From: Eledone cirrhosa
Taxonomy: Eukaryota
Direction of reading: 5' to 3'
Assembly: GCA_964016885.1 (NCBI GenBank)
Contig: OZ024750.1
Span: forward strand, 35,464,001 to 35,528,000
DNA length: 64,000 nucleotides
This document shows positions 13,335 to 26,502 of this stretch, one piece after another. The notes under the pieces were generated by a model. The model searched no databases. It saw only the letters and a list, made by a program, of their open reading frames with translations, and had not been told where the DNA came from. The first letter of the stretch is position 1, and each line of letters starts with the position of its first letter. Both the position numbers and the translations under genes were made by a program.

Positions 13335-15548
13335 AAAGAAGACGATTTAGAGACGTATGACATAGATAATAACTGTTCTTACGTGACAACTTACTGCAGG
13401 CTACTGATGAAACTTGTGGCTGGAGCAGAGCTCCAACCAGACAGAGAGTGACCTGGTGGTGGAACAGCACAGTAGATAAGGCCATTAGAGACAAAAGACT
13501 AGCATGGAAGGCTTGGAAAAAGGGTGGGAGTAGGGAAGGATATACAGCCGCTAAGAGAGAAGCTAGACGTCAGGTGTACTTAGCACGCAGGGAGGCTGAG
13601 AGTAGGAGGTTTGCCAATGTTCTGCGACGGGAAGATCAGAGGCATGCGGTGTTCCACATTGCAAGGCAGTGTGTCAATGCAAATCATGATGTTGTTGGAG
13701 ATAAATGTGTCCGGAATGATGCCAGTGTACTTAGTGTCACGAATGATCAGAAAAAGGAGGCCTGGAAATGTCATTATGAGAGATTGATGAATGTGGATAA
13801 CGAATGGGAGAGAGAGAAATTACACTCAGTAGATCCGACAGAGGGACCAGCTATTGAGATTGACGAATATAGAGTCCAAGAGGCGATTAAGGATATGAAA
13901 AATGGTAAGGCTGCTGGACCATCGGGGATAGTTGCTGAGATGCTGAAGGCATCAGGGGATGTAGGCACTAAACTGGTTGCACGCATCATCAATCAGGCTA
14001 TATATGGTGGTGTCATACCCAAAGACTGGTGCAGCAGTATTCTCATAAATTGCTACAAAGGTAAAGGGGATGCTCTGGAGAGGAGCAATTATAGGGGTAT
14101 AAAACTGATGGATCAGGTTATGAAAGTGGCAGAAAGGATATTAGCACAACTAATTAGAGAAAGGGTCAAACTAGATGAGATGCAGTTTGGTTTTGTGCCT
14201 CGGAAGAGTACAACAGATGCCCTCTACTTGGTGAGACAATTACAAGAGAGGTTCTTAGATAAAAATAAGCCACTATACTTAGCCTTTGTTGACCGAGAGA
14301 AGGCCTTTGATAGAGTACCCCGATGTGTCATCTGGTGGTCCCTAAGGAAACTAGGTGTTGAGGAATGGCTTGTGAGGACAGTGCAAACTTTGTACAGAGG
14401 TACTGTCAGTAAAATCAGGGTAGGAATGGAGTTTAGTGAGGAATTCCAGATACAAGTAGGAGTACATCAAGGTTCGGTCCTCAGCCCGCTCTTGTTCATT
14501 ATAGTCCTCCAAGCCATAACAGAGGAGTTTAAGACTGGCTGTCCATGGGAATTCTCTATGGTGATGATCTGTTTCTTATAGCAGAATCAATAGAGGAGCT
14601 AGAGAATAAATTCTGGCTATGGAAACAGCAGTTGGAATCAAGAGGACTGACAGTGAACCTAGCTAAGACAAAAGTGTTGATGAGTAGAAAAGAGGACAAA
14701 ACCCTGATTCCGTCAGGGAAATGGCCATGTTCGATATGCAGAAAAGGAACTGGCATAAATTCTATATAATGTACACAATGCAGATCTTGGGTACACAAGA
14801 GATGTAGTGGGATAGCAGGCAAACTAACAGGTAGGGAGAAATACGTATGCAGTAGATGTACAGGGAAATTAAACAGTAGAAGTCGCATTGATAGACACAT
14901 TTTTCAAATGCAGGCGGATGCTATAGAAGTGGTGGATAGCTTCAGGTACCTAGAAGATCAGATTAGCATGGGAGGGGGTTGTTCCGAGGTCATAGTATCT
15001 AGAATAAAGACAGGTTGGAAGAAGTTTAGGGAGCTGCTTCCTCTGCTGACGAAGAAGGGTTTCTCCCTGCGTACGAATGGCCGGTTATAAGATGCCTCTG
15101 TGAGGAGCGCGATGCTGCATGGTAGTGAGTCATGGGCAGCAACTGCAGAGGATATGCGACAGCTGGCGAGAAATGAGGCAAGCATGCTCCGTTGGATGTG
15201 CAGTGTCAATGTGCGTGAACGACCCAGCATGAATGTGTTGAGAGAGAAACTGTGTCTGAGAGGGATAGAATGTAGTGTGCGATAGAGGAGACTGAGGTGG
15301 TATGGACATATGATGCGCATGGAGGATGACCGATGGGTGAAGAAGTGCCAGGAAATGTCAGTTGAAGGAAGACGTGGTAGAGGTAGACCACGAAAAACAT
15401 GGGCGGAGGTGGTGAGGACAGACCCCAGATCGCTGAAGCTCACGGTGGAGATGACGAAGGGCCGTGACAAGTGGAGAGATGCTGTGCTGAATAAGACCCG
15501 TTCCACCCTTGCAAGCAGGGAAGTACGGACATAAAATGATGATGATGA
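13335..15548 (+). mobile_element. RTE LINE subfamily A, 5'-truncated and degenerate (RT + PHD-like finger)
   Basis: NYRGIKL, QFGF, AFVD.EKAFD, GVHQGSVLSPLLF, YGDDL, LRWYGH, RGRGRPRKTW; frameshift near 14545 and stops; (GAT)n tail. Confidence 0.97.
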
Positions 15549-15618
15549 TATATATATATATATATATATATGGAGGCACATGGCTCAGTGATGATATATA
15601 TATATATATATATATATA

Positions 15619-15967
15619 TGGAGGCACATGGCTCAGTGGTTAGAGCATTGGCCTTGCAATCGAAAGGTTGTGAGTTCAATTCTCAGACCGGGTGATGTGT
15701 TGTTTCCTTGAGCAAGACACTTTATTTCACATTGTTCCAGTTTACTCAGCTGTAGAAATGAGATGATAGGGACTGGGGTCCATATCATTCCACTGCAAAG
15801 TGGTCGTTGAGGTGCCACGGCAAAAAAAAAGCACCCAGCACTCACTGTAAATGAGGTTGGTGTTAGGAAATGGCATCCAGCTGTAGAAATCAAGCCAGAA
15901 TCAGTTCCCGTCCTACCCTTGCAAGCAGGGAAAAAGCGGGCGTAAAAGAAAATGATGATGATGATGA

Positions 15968-15970
<3 letters not shown>
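15619..15970 (+). mobile_element. tRNA-derived SINE family 2 (CORE-like, OR2-like) with RTE-derived tail
   Basis: A box TGGCTCAGTGG, B box GAGTTCAATTC, CCTTGAGCAAGACACTTT core, LINE-shared 3' end and (GAT)n. Other copies 27768-28108, 30365-30752, 38474-38808, partial 63490-63590. Confidence 0.9.
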
Positions 15971-16011
<41 letters not shown>

Positions 16012-16013
<2 letters not shown>

Positions 16014-16452
16014 GAACTTGTAACATAATCTGAACAAGCAATGCCTGTGCTTTGAAGATTTTTTAAGTGGAGAAAGGCCTTGCACTCAACCAATCCCACT
16101 CTCTGAGCATCAAAAACAGTACCAGAAAAGGAGAACTGGTCAACATCATTTGATGGTTCCGAAGCCGCAGGGTTTTTTTTTCAGAGTTTCTCTCTCCGAG
16201 AAAGATGTTGTGACAACAACTGGGGGCCTTTCACTTCCAGGTGAAAGAAAAAAAGTACTATTTGGATGGCAGCTGACTCTGCTGAGTTCCTCTGCCCTTT
16301 GCAGGGTCTTGTATTTCATCCTGCATGTTATCCAAATATCACCTTCCTCACCAAGCAAGTTTGGTGGGATTGCCAGTTTAGTCGCCGACAATCCGACTAT
16401 GAGGTTGTACTGGGTTACATGTTACCAGTAGCACTCAAGAGCGACCTGTTAT
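16012..16452 (-). mobile_element. Probable RTE 5' UTR fragment
   Basis: GC-richer insert in (TA)n; minus strand GGAGAGAGAAACTCTGAAAAAAAAACC resembles the motif seen in RTE 5' UTRs. Confidence 0.45.
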
Positions 16453-16503
16453 ATGAATATATATATGTGTAAATATACATATATGTATATATATGTATAT
16501 AGA

Positions 16504-16552
<49 letters not shown>

Positions 16553-16556
<4 letters not shown>

Positions 16557-17060
16557 TATGAAGAGAGAAGGAACATTTAGATATAATTAGTAATAAAATG
16601 TATCATACCTAAACTGCTCCTAGATTCCTCGACTACGTAGTTTCGTGGCATGAACAAAAACAATACATCATAAAGATATAGAGTCCTTGCGAGGTCTGCC
16701 GACTTATCAAGAGGATACCTCATTTTACTAGCCTCAAGAACGCGTCTACACGACGTGAGAAAGAATCCCAAAAGGCGGAGGGGGAGATAGTCACGCGATA
16801 TAACGGTCGAGAAACAGAGCTAAGCCTCTTATAACCCCGAAGAAAATACCACAGAGGCGGAGGGGGTATTTATATCGAAGCCGTAGAAGAGGTGTATTTT
16901 TAACTCTGATACTGGTTCAGTCTGTTTCAACCGGATTGGTCTGTCCCAGTCATTCATTGAGCAACATCGGTGAGGTTGGCACCCTTAACTCACGGTTGGG
17001 TGTGGATGCATTCATGTATATGTGTGTGTCTGCATGTATCTGTGTGTTTCTAAATATATT
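16553..17060. mobile_element. 5'-inverted copy of the 591-nt HHR element (HHR at 16626-16715, minus strand)
   Basis: 16553-16892 is the reverse complement of ~49904-50243; 16893-17060 matches ~49649-49819 in direct orientation. Confidence 0.9.
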
Positions 17061-17089
17061 ATATATATATATATATATATATAATAATA

Positions 17090-17981
17090 ATAATGGAGCT
17101 GCGGCGTTGCAAATGGGATACATATGAAAAAGTGAGTCCTTCATCAGTGACCCTCCAACCGTCCTCGGCATTTCATCGCTTTAAGGGCCATATGCCTCAG
17201 GTTGGTGCGAACAACGGCTAAAAAAAGTCGTTGGGACACGTAAACAAAGGGGACGCCAGAGTAACAACAAAAAAGTTTAAGCAACGGAAAGTGAGTAGAA
17301 ATAGACAAGTCCCAGATCTCTATGAATATAAACTCTGTGAAATCGTGAACAAGAGACAAAAGACCATCAAACCTGGTTGAAATGTGAGCAAGGGAAGAAT
17401 TTCGCCCAAGTTTGACGGGGGGGAAAAAAAGAGAGAGAGAGAAAGGAGAGAAGAGGAAGAAGAAGAAGAAGAAGAAGAAGAAGAAGAAGAAGAAGAAGAA
17501 GAAGATAAAGGGGTCTGGTCTACGAATTCGGTAAACGCAAGTTTCGTGAAGTCGCAGACGAAAGAGAGAGAGAAAAAAATTCCATACCAGCTCGGTCAAG
17601 ACCGCGCGAGAAAAGAATTACACACAGGTCAAACTTAAAGGAGGAGGAGGAAAGAGGAGGAGGAGGAGAGGTAGTGACAGAGAATGAGTGAGTGAAAGTT
17701 GAGGAGGGGGCTAACAGAGAGAGAAACCAGGTTTGATGGTCTTTTGTCTCTTGTTCACGATTTCACAGAGTTTATATTCATAGAGATCTGGGACTTGTCT
17801 ATTTCTACTCACTTTCCGTTGCTTAAACTTTTTTGTTGTTACTCTGGCGTCCCCTTTGTTTACGTGTCCCAACGACTTTTTTTAGCCGTTGTTCGCACCA
17901 ACCTGAGGCATATGGCCCTTAAAGCGATGAAATGCCGAGGACGGTTGGAGGGTCACTGATGAAGGACTCACTTTTTCATAT
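17090..17981. repeat. Element with 257-bp apparently perfect inverted arms (17122-17378 / 17725-17981) around a GAA/GA-rich spacer
   Basis: Arms are reverse complements (identical peptides appear in opposite-strand ORFs); (TA)n on both sides. Confidence 0.93.
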
Positions 17982-18002
17982 ATATATATATATATATGCA
18001 TA

Positions 18003-18081
<79 letters not shown>

Positions 18082-18417
18082 ATATATGTATATATACATA
18101 TATATATATTTACACACACATACATGTATAGATTAAAAAAATTGGGTGTTAAAGTCATACTGCTATAAACTTTGCTGGGAGTTGTTTATAGCTACTAGTG
18201 CTGTGAAGTAGTTGTAGAAATGTTGGATTATGTTGAAGTAGTGAGTAGGTAGTGGTGTTAATGTTCAGTAATTGATGGCTATTAAAAAGGAAAATAGAAA
18301 CCCAAGAAGTAAGTGATATGTTAAATGTGTTACCTATAGCGTTGAATAAAAAATTATAGAGATGAGATCAAATTCTGAAATGACTTCATTAGAGAGATGT
18401 ATTGATAAAAAATAATA

Positions 18418-18460
<43 letters not shown>

Positions 18461-18709
18461 TATATTATATTATATTATTTTATATTGTATTATATTATAT
18501 TATATTATATTATTTATATAGGGCGGTGGATTGGCAGTATCGGTAGGGGGTCGGACGCTATGCTTTGACACAGAGAGTTATGGCCCTTTCCATTCTGAGT
18601 TCAAATGCCACCGAGGTTAACTTTGTCTTTCGTTTTTATGGGGTTGATAAAATAAAGTACCAGTAATACACTGGGTATTTGCTGGCCTTGTGCCAAAAGT
18701 AGAAACAAT

Positions 18710-18748
<39 letters not shown>

Positions 18749-19191
18749 GGTAGGTACTCACAAAAATTTGGAACTTTATTATATTAACTCTGTGACATAT
18801 TTCCCTTTATAAATCCAAAATCCGAAATAAAATAATTGATTTGTGCATGAAAAGAGTATTTAAAACATTTTCTAATAAACACTTCTATTTATATTAGATT
18901 CTTCCCAATTCAATTTTATCAATTAACTTTAAGCTGCATCTAATGTCAGGCTCTGTGTTGGGAAACCCCATCTGTTGAAAACGATATAGTTAACTATTAA
19001 CTGATCCCAGAACAGTAGCACATGAAGGTTTGTAGCATAAACTGCATTACTATGATTCAGTAGTATATCATGAAGGGGATCAGCAAATTAACATGGCAGC
19101 ATTAGAATAAATGCTGTTTAAGATGTAAAATAATTTTGTTGGCTTAAGAATATAAAGTATATTTTCTATTATTACAATATGAAATTTTGTA

Positions 19192-19228
<37 letters not shown>

Positions 19229-19559
19229 GTACCCGACCTCCCATGGGTACATGCTGAAGCATATAAACAATATGCCCCCACACCCCCCACCGCAAGGTGG
19301 TCGTGGAGGTGCCATGGCAAAAAAGCACCCAGCCCACACTGTAAAGTGGACGTGTAGGCGCCACGAAAAAGCACCCAGCACTCACTGTAAATGAGGTTGG
19401 TGTTAGGAAGGGCATCCAGCTGTAGAAATCAAGCCAGATCAGTTCCTGTATGAGCAAGGCATGGTCAGCCGACCAGACACTGCACACAACAGAACAACCC
19501 GTCTAACCCATGCTAGCGTGGAAGAACGGACGTAAAACGGTGATGATGATGATGATATG

Positions 19560-20170
<611 letters not shown>

Positions 20171-20544
20171 GTGGTGAATTGGCAGTATCGGTAGAGCGTC
20201 TGACGCCATGTTTTGCAGCACAGTTACGTCCCTTTACGAACTGAGTTCAAATCCTGCCGAGGTTAACTTTGTCTTTCGGGGTCGATAAAATAAAGTACCA
20301 GTAATGTACTAGGTAATTGCTGGCCTTGTGCCAAAAGTAGAAACAATTATATATATATATGTAAATATATATATATATATTTACATATATATATATAATT
20401 GTTTCTACTTTTGGCACAAGGCCAGCAATTACCTAGTACATTACCTAGTACATTCGTTTCTGTGCCTTTCCTTTCTTCTATCCTACGCCATTTTGGCGTA
20501 GGATAGAAGAAAGGAAAGGCACAGAAACGAAGAAAGAAATCCCC

Positions 20545-20589
20545 AGTCACTGAAGAGGTCACAGAGTGTGTGACGAAAGAACTATGACT
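20545..20589 (+). ncRNA. Minimal type I hammerhead ribozyme, intact core (element ~20453-20807)
   Basis: AGTCA-CTGAAGA-G-GTCACA-GAGTG-TGTGAC-GAA-AGAACT-A-TGACT: stem I 5 bp, stem II 6 bp, predicted cleavage after CUA. Confidence 0.8.
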
Positions 20590-20819
20590 ATATATATATA
20601 AACAACTATCTGGTTGTGGAACCAACCAACCAACCAGAAATTTATAAATTTGTAAATTTATAAATATATATTAAATTAAATTGAAGTGATTGCAACTGGT
20701 GCGTGTGTTTCTTATTGGCAACATGACCCTCCCAAAGTATAACAATATCGGTTTCAACACACGATTTCAGATAAAGAATCTTGCTAAACAAATTCAGAAA
20801 CGAAATATTATATATATAT

Positions 20820-20850
<31 letters not shown>

Positions 20851-20855
20851 ATATA

Positions 20856-20896
<41 letters not shown>

Positions 20897-21101
20897 TATA
20901 ATATATATATATATTATATTATATATATATATATATTATATATATATTTATATATTATATTATATATATATTATATATATATATATATTATATATATATA
21001 TATATTATATATATATATATATATTATATTATATATATATTTTATATATATATTATATATATAGATATATATGATATAGATATATGATATATATATGATA
21101 T

Positions 21102-23040
21102 AGATATGAAGATAGGGAAGGCAACCGGTCCATCGGGTATAGCTGCCGAGATGCTGAAGGCATCTGGGTCTGTAGGTCACACTATAACCACACGTATCGT
21201 TAACCAGGTAATACTAGAAGGGGCCATACCAAAAGATTGGTGCAGTAGCATCATTGTCAACTGCTACAAAGGTAAAGGCGATGCACTAGATAGAGGAAAC
21301 TATAGAGGTATAAAGTTGATGGACCAGGTCATGAAAGTAACAGAAAGAGTTATAGCACAGCTGATTAGGGACTGGGTGAATATAGACGAGATGCCATTTG
21401 GGTTTGTACCAGGGAAAGGCACCACTGATGCCCTCTTCCTTGTGAGGCAATTACAGGAAAAGTACCTAGCTAAAAGTAAGCCACTCTACTTGGCATTTGT
21501 CGACCTTGAGAAAGCCTTTGACAGAGTTCCACGTGCAGTAATCTGGTGGGCTCTTAGAAAACTAGGAGTAGATGAATGGCTTGTGAAAGCGGTACAAGCC
21601 ATGTATAGGGAGCAGTCAGCAAAGTTAGGATTAGCAATGAGTATAGCGAGGAATTTAGCGTACAGGTTGGGGTCCACCAGGGCTCTGTTCTTAGCCCTCT
21701 CCTGTTCATCATAGTCCTGCAGGCAATAACGGAGGAGTTTAAGACCGGATGCCCATGGGAACTCCTGTATGCTGATGACCTCGCACTCATAGCTGAATCT
21801 ATGGTAGAACTAGAGAATAAATTCCAAACCTGGAAGCAGGGACTAGAGAGAAAGGGCCTCAAAGTCAACATGACAAAGACTAAGGTCCTTGTAAGTAGAC
21901 GAGAAAACAGAACCCAGATCCCCTCAGGGAAATGGCCTTGCTCAGTATGTAGGAAAGGTGTAGGTAGGAACTCCATTCTCTGCCCCAAATGCAAACAATG
22001 GGTACACAAGAGATGTAGCGGGATCTCAGGAAGCTTAATTAAGAATGTAGGATTCACATGCAGCAGCTGTGCTGAAACAGCAAGCAAACAGCCACGGGAA
22101 ACAAGTACCACCAATCTCTGGGAGGGCCCTGTAGAAACAGTAGACAGCTTCTGCTACCTAGGTGACCGAATTAGCAACGGAGGTGGGTGCTCAGAAAGTA
22201 CAATAACTAGGGTAAGAACGGGATGGAAGAAGTTTAGGGAACTACTACCACTGCTAGCTGCAAAAGGCTTCTCCCTCAGAATGAAAGGCAGACTGTATGA
22301 TGCGTGTATCCGAACAGCGATGTTGCATGGTAGTGAGACCTGGGCGCTGAAGGTGGAAGACTTACGTAGATTAGAGAGAAACGAAGCCTGCATGCTCCGA
22401 TGGATGTGTAACAGTAATATACGTGAACGACAAAGCATAAAGGAATTGAGAGAGAGAGACTGAGCATAAGAGGAATCAAATGCTGCGTGCAGGAGAGGCG
22501 GTTACGCTGGTATGGACATGTGATGCGTATGAAGGATGACAGCTGCATAAAAAGGTGCAGAGCACTAGAAGTTGATGGAAACCGCGGAGTGGGGAGACCC
22601 AAGATGACTTGGGATGAGGTGATAAAAGCCGACCTTACCCAACTACACCTCTCAAAGTCAATGACACACGACCGTGACCTCTGGCGTCAGGCAGTAATAC
22701 AGGGTACCCGACCTCCCATGGGTACATGCAGAAGCATATAAACAATATGCCCCCACTCCCCCCACCGCAAGGTGGTCGTGGAGGTGCCACGGCAAAAAAG
22801 CACCCAGCCCACACTGTAAAGTGGACGTGTAGGTGCCACAAAAAAGCACCCAGCACTCACTGTAAATGAGGTTGGTGTTAGGAAGGGCATCCAGCTGTAG
22901 AAATCAAGCCAGATCAGTTCCTGTATGAGCAAGGCATGGTCAGCCGACCAGACACTGCACACAACAGGACAACCCGTCTAACCCATGCTAGCGTGGAAGA
23001 ACGGACGTAAAACGGTGATGATGATGATGATGATGATGAT
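21102..23040 (+). mobile_element. RTE LINE subfamily B, 5'-truncated with frameshifts
   Basis: RT motifs (FVDLEKAFD, YADD), PHD-like Cys cluster, ~300-bp 3' UTR, (GAT)n tail; a 3' UTR-only copy at 19228-19555. Confidence 0.97.
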
Positions 23041-23046
23041 ATATAT

Positions 23047-25163
23047 ATCATCATCATCACCATTTTACATCCACTTTTCTCTGCTTGCAAGGGTGGGATG
23101 GGCCCTATTCAGCACAGCATCTCTCCACTTGTCACAGTCCTTCGTCGTCTCCTTGGTGAGTTTCAGCAATCTGAGGTCTGCTCTCACCACCTTCACACAA
23201 GTTTTTTGTGGTCCTCCTCTACTGTATCTTCCTTCTACTGGGATTTCTTGGCACTTCTTTACCCAGCGGTCATCCTGCATGCGCATCACATGTCCATACC
23301 ATCTCAGCTGTCTCTTCTGCACACTACAACTTATCCCTCTTATACCCAGTTTCTTTCTCAACTCGTCCATGCTTGGTCGTTTACGCACATTGACACTGCA
23401 CATCCAACAGAGCATGCTTGCTTCATTTCTCTCCAGCCATTGCAGTTGCTGCCCATGACTCACTACCATGCAGCATCACGCATCTCACACATGCATCATA
23501 TAACCGTCCTTTCGTACACAGGGAGAAACCCTTCTTTGTCAACAGAGGAAGCAGCTCCCTAGACTTCTTCCAACCCATCCTTATTCTAGATACTATGGCC
23601 TTGGAACACCCCCCTCCCATGCTAATCTGATCACCTAGGTACCGGAAGCTATCAACCACTTCTATAGAACCCACCTGCATTAGAAAAATGTGTCTATCAC
23701 TGTGATTACTACTGCCAACTTTCCCTGTACATCTACTGCATACGTAGTTTTCCCTACCTGTTAGTTTGCCTGCTATCCCACTACATCTCTTGTGTACCGA
23801 AGATCTACATTGCGTACATTTTATGAAATTTATGCCAGTTCCTTTCCTACTTATCGAACATGGCCATTTCCCCGATGGAATCAGAATATTGTCCTCCCTT
23901 CTACTTACAACACTTTGTTTTAGCTATGTTCACTCTCAGTCCTCTTAATTCCAACTGCTGCTTCCATAGCCAGACTTTATTCTCTAGCTCCTCTACTGAT
24001 TCTGCTATAAGAACCAGATCATCACCATAGAGAAGTTCCTATGGGCAGCCAGTCTTCAACTCTTCTGTTATGTATTGGAGGACTATAATGAACAAGAGTG
24101 GGCTGAAGACCGAACCCTGATGTTCCCCTATTTGTATCTGGAATTCCTCATTAAACTCCATTCCTATTCTCACTTTACTGACAACACCCCTGTACATAGC
24201 TTGCACTGTCCTCACAAGCCTTTCCTCTACACCTATTTTCCTTAGGGACCACCAGATGACAGATCGGGGTACCCTATCAAAGGCCTTCTCTAGGTCAACA
24301 AAAGCTAAGTATAGTGGCTTATTCTTCGCTAACAACCTCTCTTGCAATTGTCTCACCAAGAAGAGGGCATCTGTTGTACTTTTCCGAGGCACAAAACCAA
24401 ACTGTATCTCATCTAATTTGACCCTTTCTCTAATTAGTTGTGCTAATATCCTTACTGCCACTTTCATAACCTGATCCATCAGCTTTATACCCCTATAATT
24501 GCTCCTCTCTAGAACATCCCCTTTACCTTTGTAGCAATTTATGAGAATACTGCTGCACCAGTCTTTGGGTATGACACCACCATATATAGCCTGATTGATG
24601 ATGCGTGCAACTAGTTTAGTGCCTACTTCTCCTGATGCCTTCAGCATCTCAGCAACTATCCCTGATGGTCCAGCAGCCTTACTATTCTTCATTTCCTTAA
24701 TTGCCTCTTGAACCCCATATTCATCAATCTCAATAGCTGGTCCCTCTGTCGGGTCTACTGGGGTAATTTTTCTCTGTCCCATTCATTCTCTACATTAATC
24801 AGTCTCTCATAATGACATTTCCAGGCCCCCTTTTTTTTTATCATTTGTGACACTAAGTACACTGGCATCATTCCGTACACACTTATCTCCAACAACATCA
24901 TGATTTGCATTGACACACTGCCTTGCAATGCGGAACACTGCATGTCTCTGATCTTCCCATCACAGAACATTGGCAAATCTCCTACTCTCAGCGTTCCTGC
25001 GTGTTAAGTACACCTGATATCTAGCTTCTCTCTTAGCGGCTGTGTATCCTTCTCTACTCCCACCGTTTTTCCAAGCTTTCCATGCCAGTCTTTTGTCTCC
25101 AATGGACCTATCTACCATGCTGTTCCACCACCAGGTAACTCTCTGTCTGGTTGAAGCTCTTCT
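23047..25163 (-). mobile_element. RTE LINE subfamily A, degenerate, tail-to-tail with the preceding element
   Basis: Minus ORF pieces align to 13448-15534. Confidence 0.97.
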
Positions 25164-25987
25164 TCAGTAGGTGAGAACCATAATGGCTGATACATAGATA
25201 GGTTTGAAGAATTTTAGAGAGCTACTCACACTGTTGACAACAAAAGGCTTCACCTTATGTACAAAAGGATTACTGTATGATGCCTGTGTGCAAAGTGTGA
25301 TGTTGTGTGGTCGTGAAACATGGGCACTGACTGTAGAAGACATGCGTTGGCTTGAGAGAAATGAAGTTACTATGCTTTCTGCCACAAAAACAAATTTTGA
25401 TTTGCTTCGATGTGATTTTTATATCAACACTACATTGAACTCTAAAAGTCCTACCTTAATTAATTAATTGAATAGAACAGTAAGGAGTATATAGACATTT
25501 TCTAGTGAAAATGTATATATACTTTGTTTGACAAGATTTTTATAGCTGTATGCCCTTCCTATTACCAACCACTTTATAGTGTGTACTGGGTGCATTTATC
25601 ATGTAAATCACCAACACTAGGGAGGTTTCCATGCCCTTGACACAACTGGAGGGTTCTCCCAACCATTATCATCATCATCACCGTTTTACGTCCGTTCTTC
25701 TATGCTAGCATGGGTTAGACAGGTTGTCCTGTTGTGGGCTGTTGGGATGCAGTCAAATTTCAAATTTTCCCAAATTCAACCACTTTATTTATTTTAAAAT
25801 ATATATTTTTATTCTATCTATCTATCTTTATAGCTATCTATTTACCTATCTATCTACCAATCTACCTATGTATCATCTGTCTATATATATATATATCCCT
25901 CTATCTATTTATTCGTCTATTTAGCTATATACTTACCTATCTATCCATCAATTTACCTATGTATTACCTGTATATATATAATATATA

Positions 25988-26433
25988 TTTCGTTTCTGAA
26001 TTTGTTTAGCAAGATTCTTTATCTGAAATCGTGTGTTGAAACCGATATTGTTATACTTTGGGAGGGTCATGTTGCCAATAAGAAACACACGCACCAGTTG
26101 CTTTCACTTCAATTTATTATAATAAATTTATAAATTTAGGAATTTATAAATTTATAAATTTCTGGTTGGTTGGTTGGTTCCTCAACCAGATAGTTGTTTA
26201 TATATTGTCAAAGTTCTTTCGTCACACATTCTGTGACCTCTTCAGTGACTGGGGAAAGAAAGAACTTTGACAATATATAAACAACTATCTGGTTGTGGAA
26301 CCAACCAACCAACCAGAAATTTATAAATTTATAAATTCCTAAATTTATAAATTTATTATAATAAATTGAAGTGAAAGCAACTGGTGTGTGTGTTTCTTAT
26401 TGGCAACATGACCTTCCCAAAGTATCAAAGTAT

Positions 26434-26440
<7 letters not shown>
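25988..26440 (-). mobile_element. Fold-back mini-element, same family as 20535-20807; HHR at 26207-26250
   Basis: Minus: AGTCA-CTGAAGA-G-GTCACA-GAATG-TGTGAC-GAA-AGAACT-T-TGAC; ~175-bp inverted arm at 26257-26440. Confidence 0.88.

Positions 26441-26498
<58 letters not shown>

Positions 26499-26502
<4 letters not shown>

Noticed and set aside
15619-15690. tRNA gene
   Set aside because: A/B boxes belong to a SINE head that runs on into core and LINE tail; no complete cloverleaf.
18898-19110. Decayed coding-like sequence (also 46250-46800)
   Set aside because: No recognisable protein family and multiple stops; cannot be supported.
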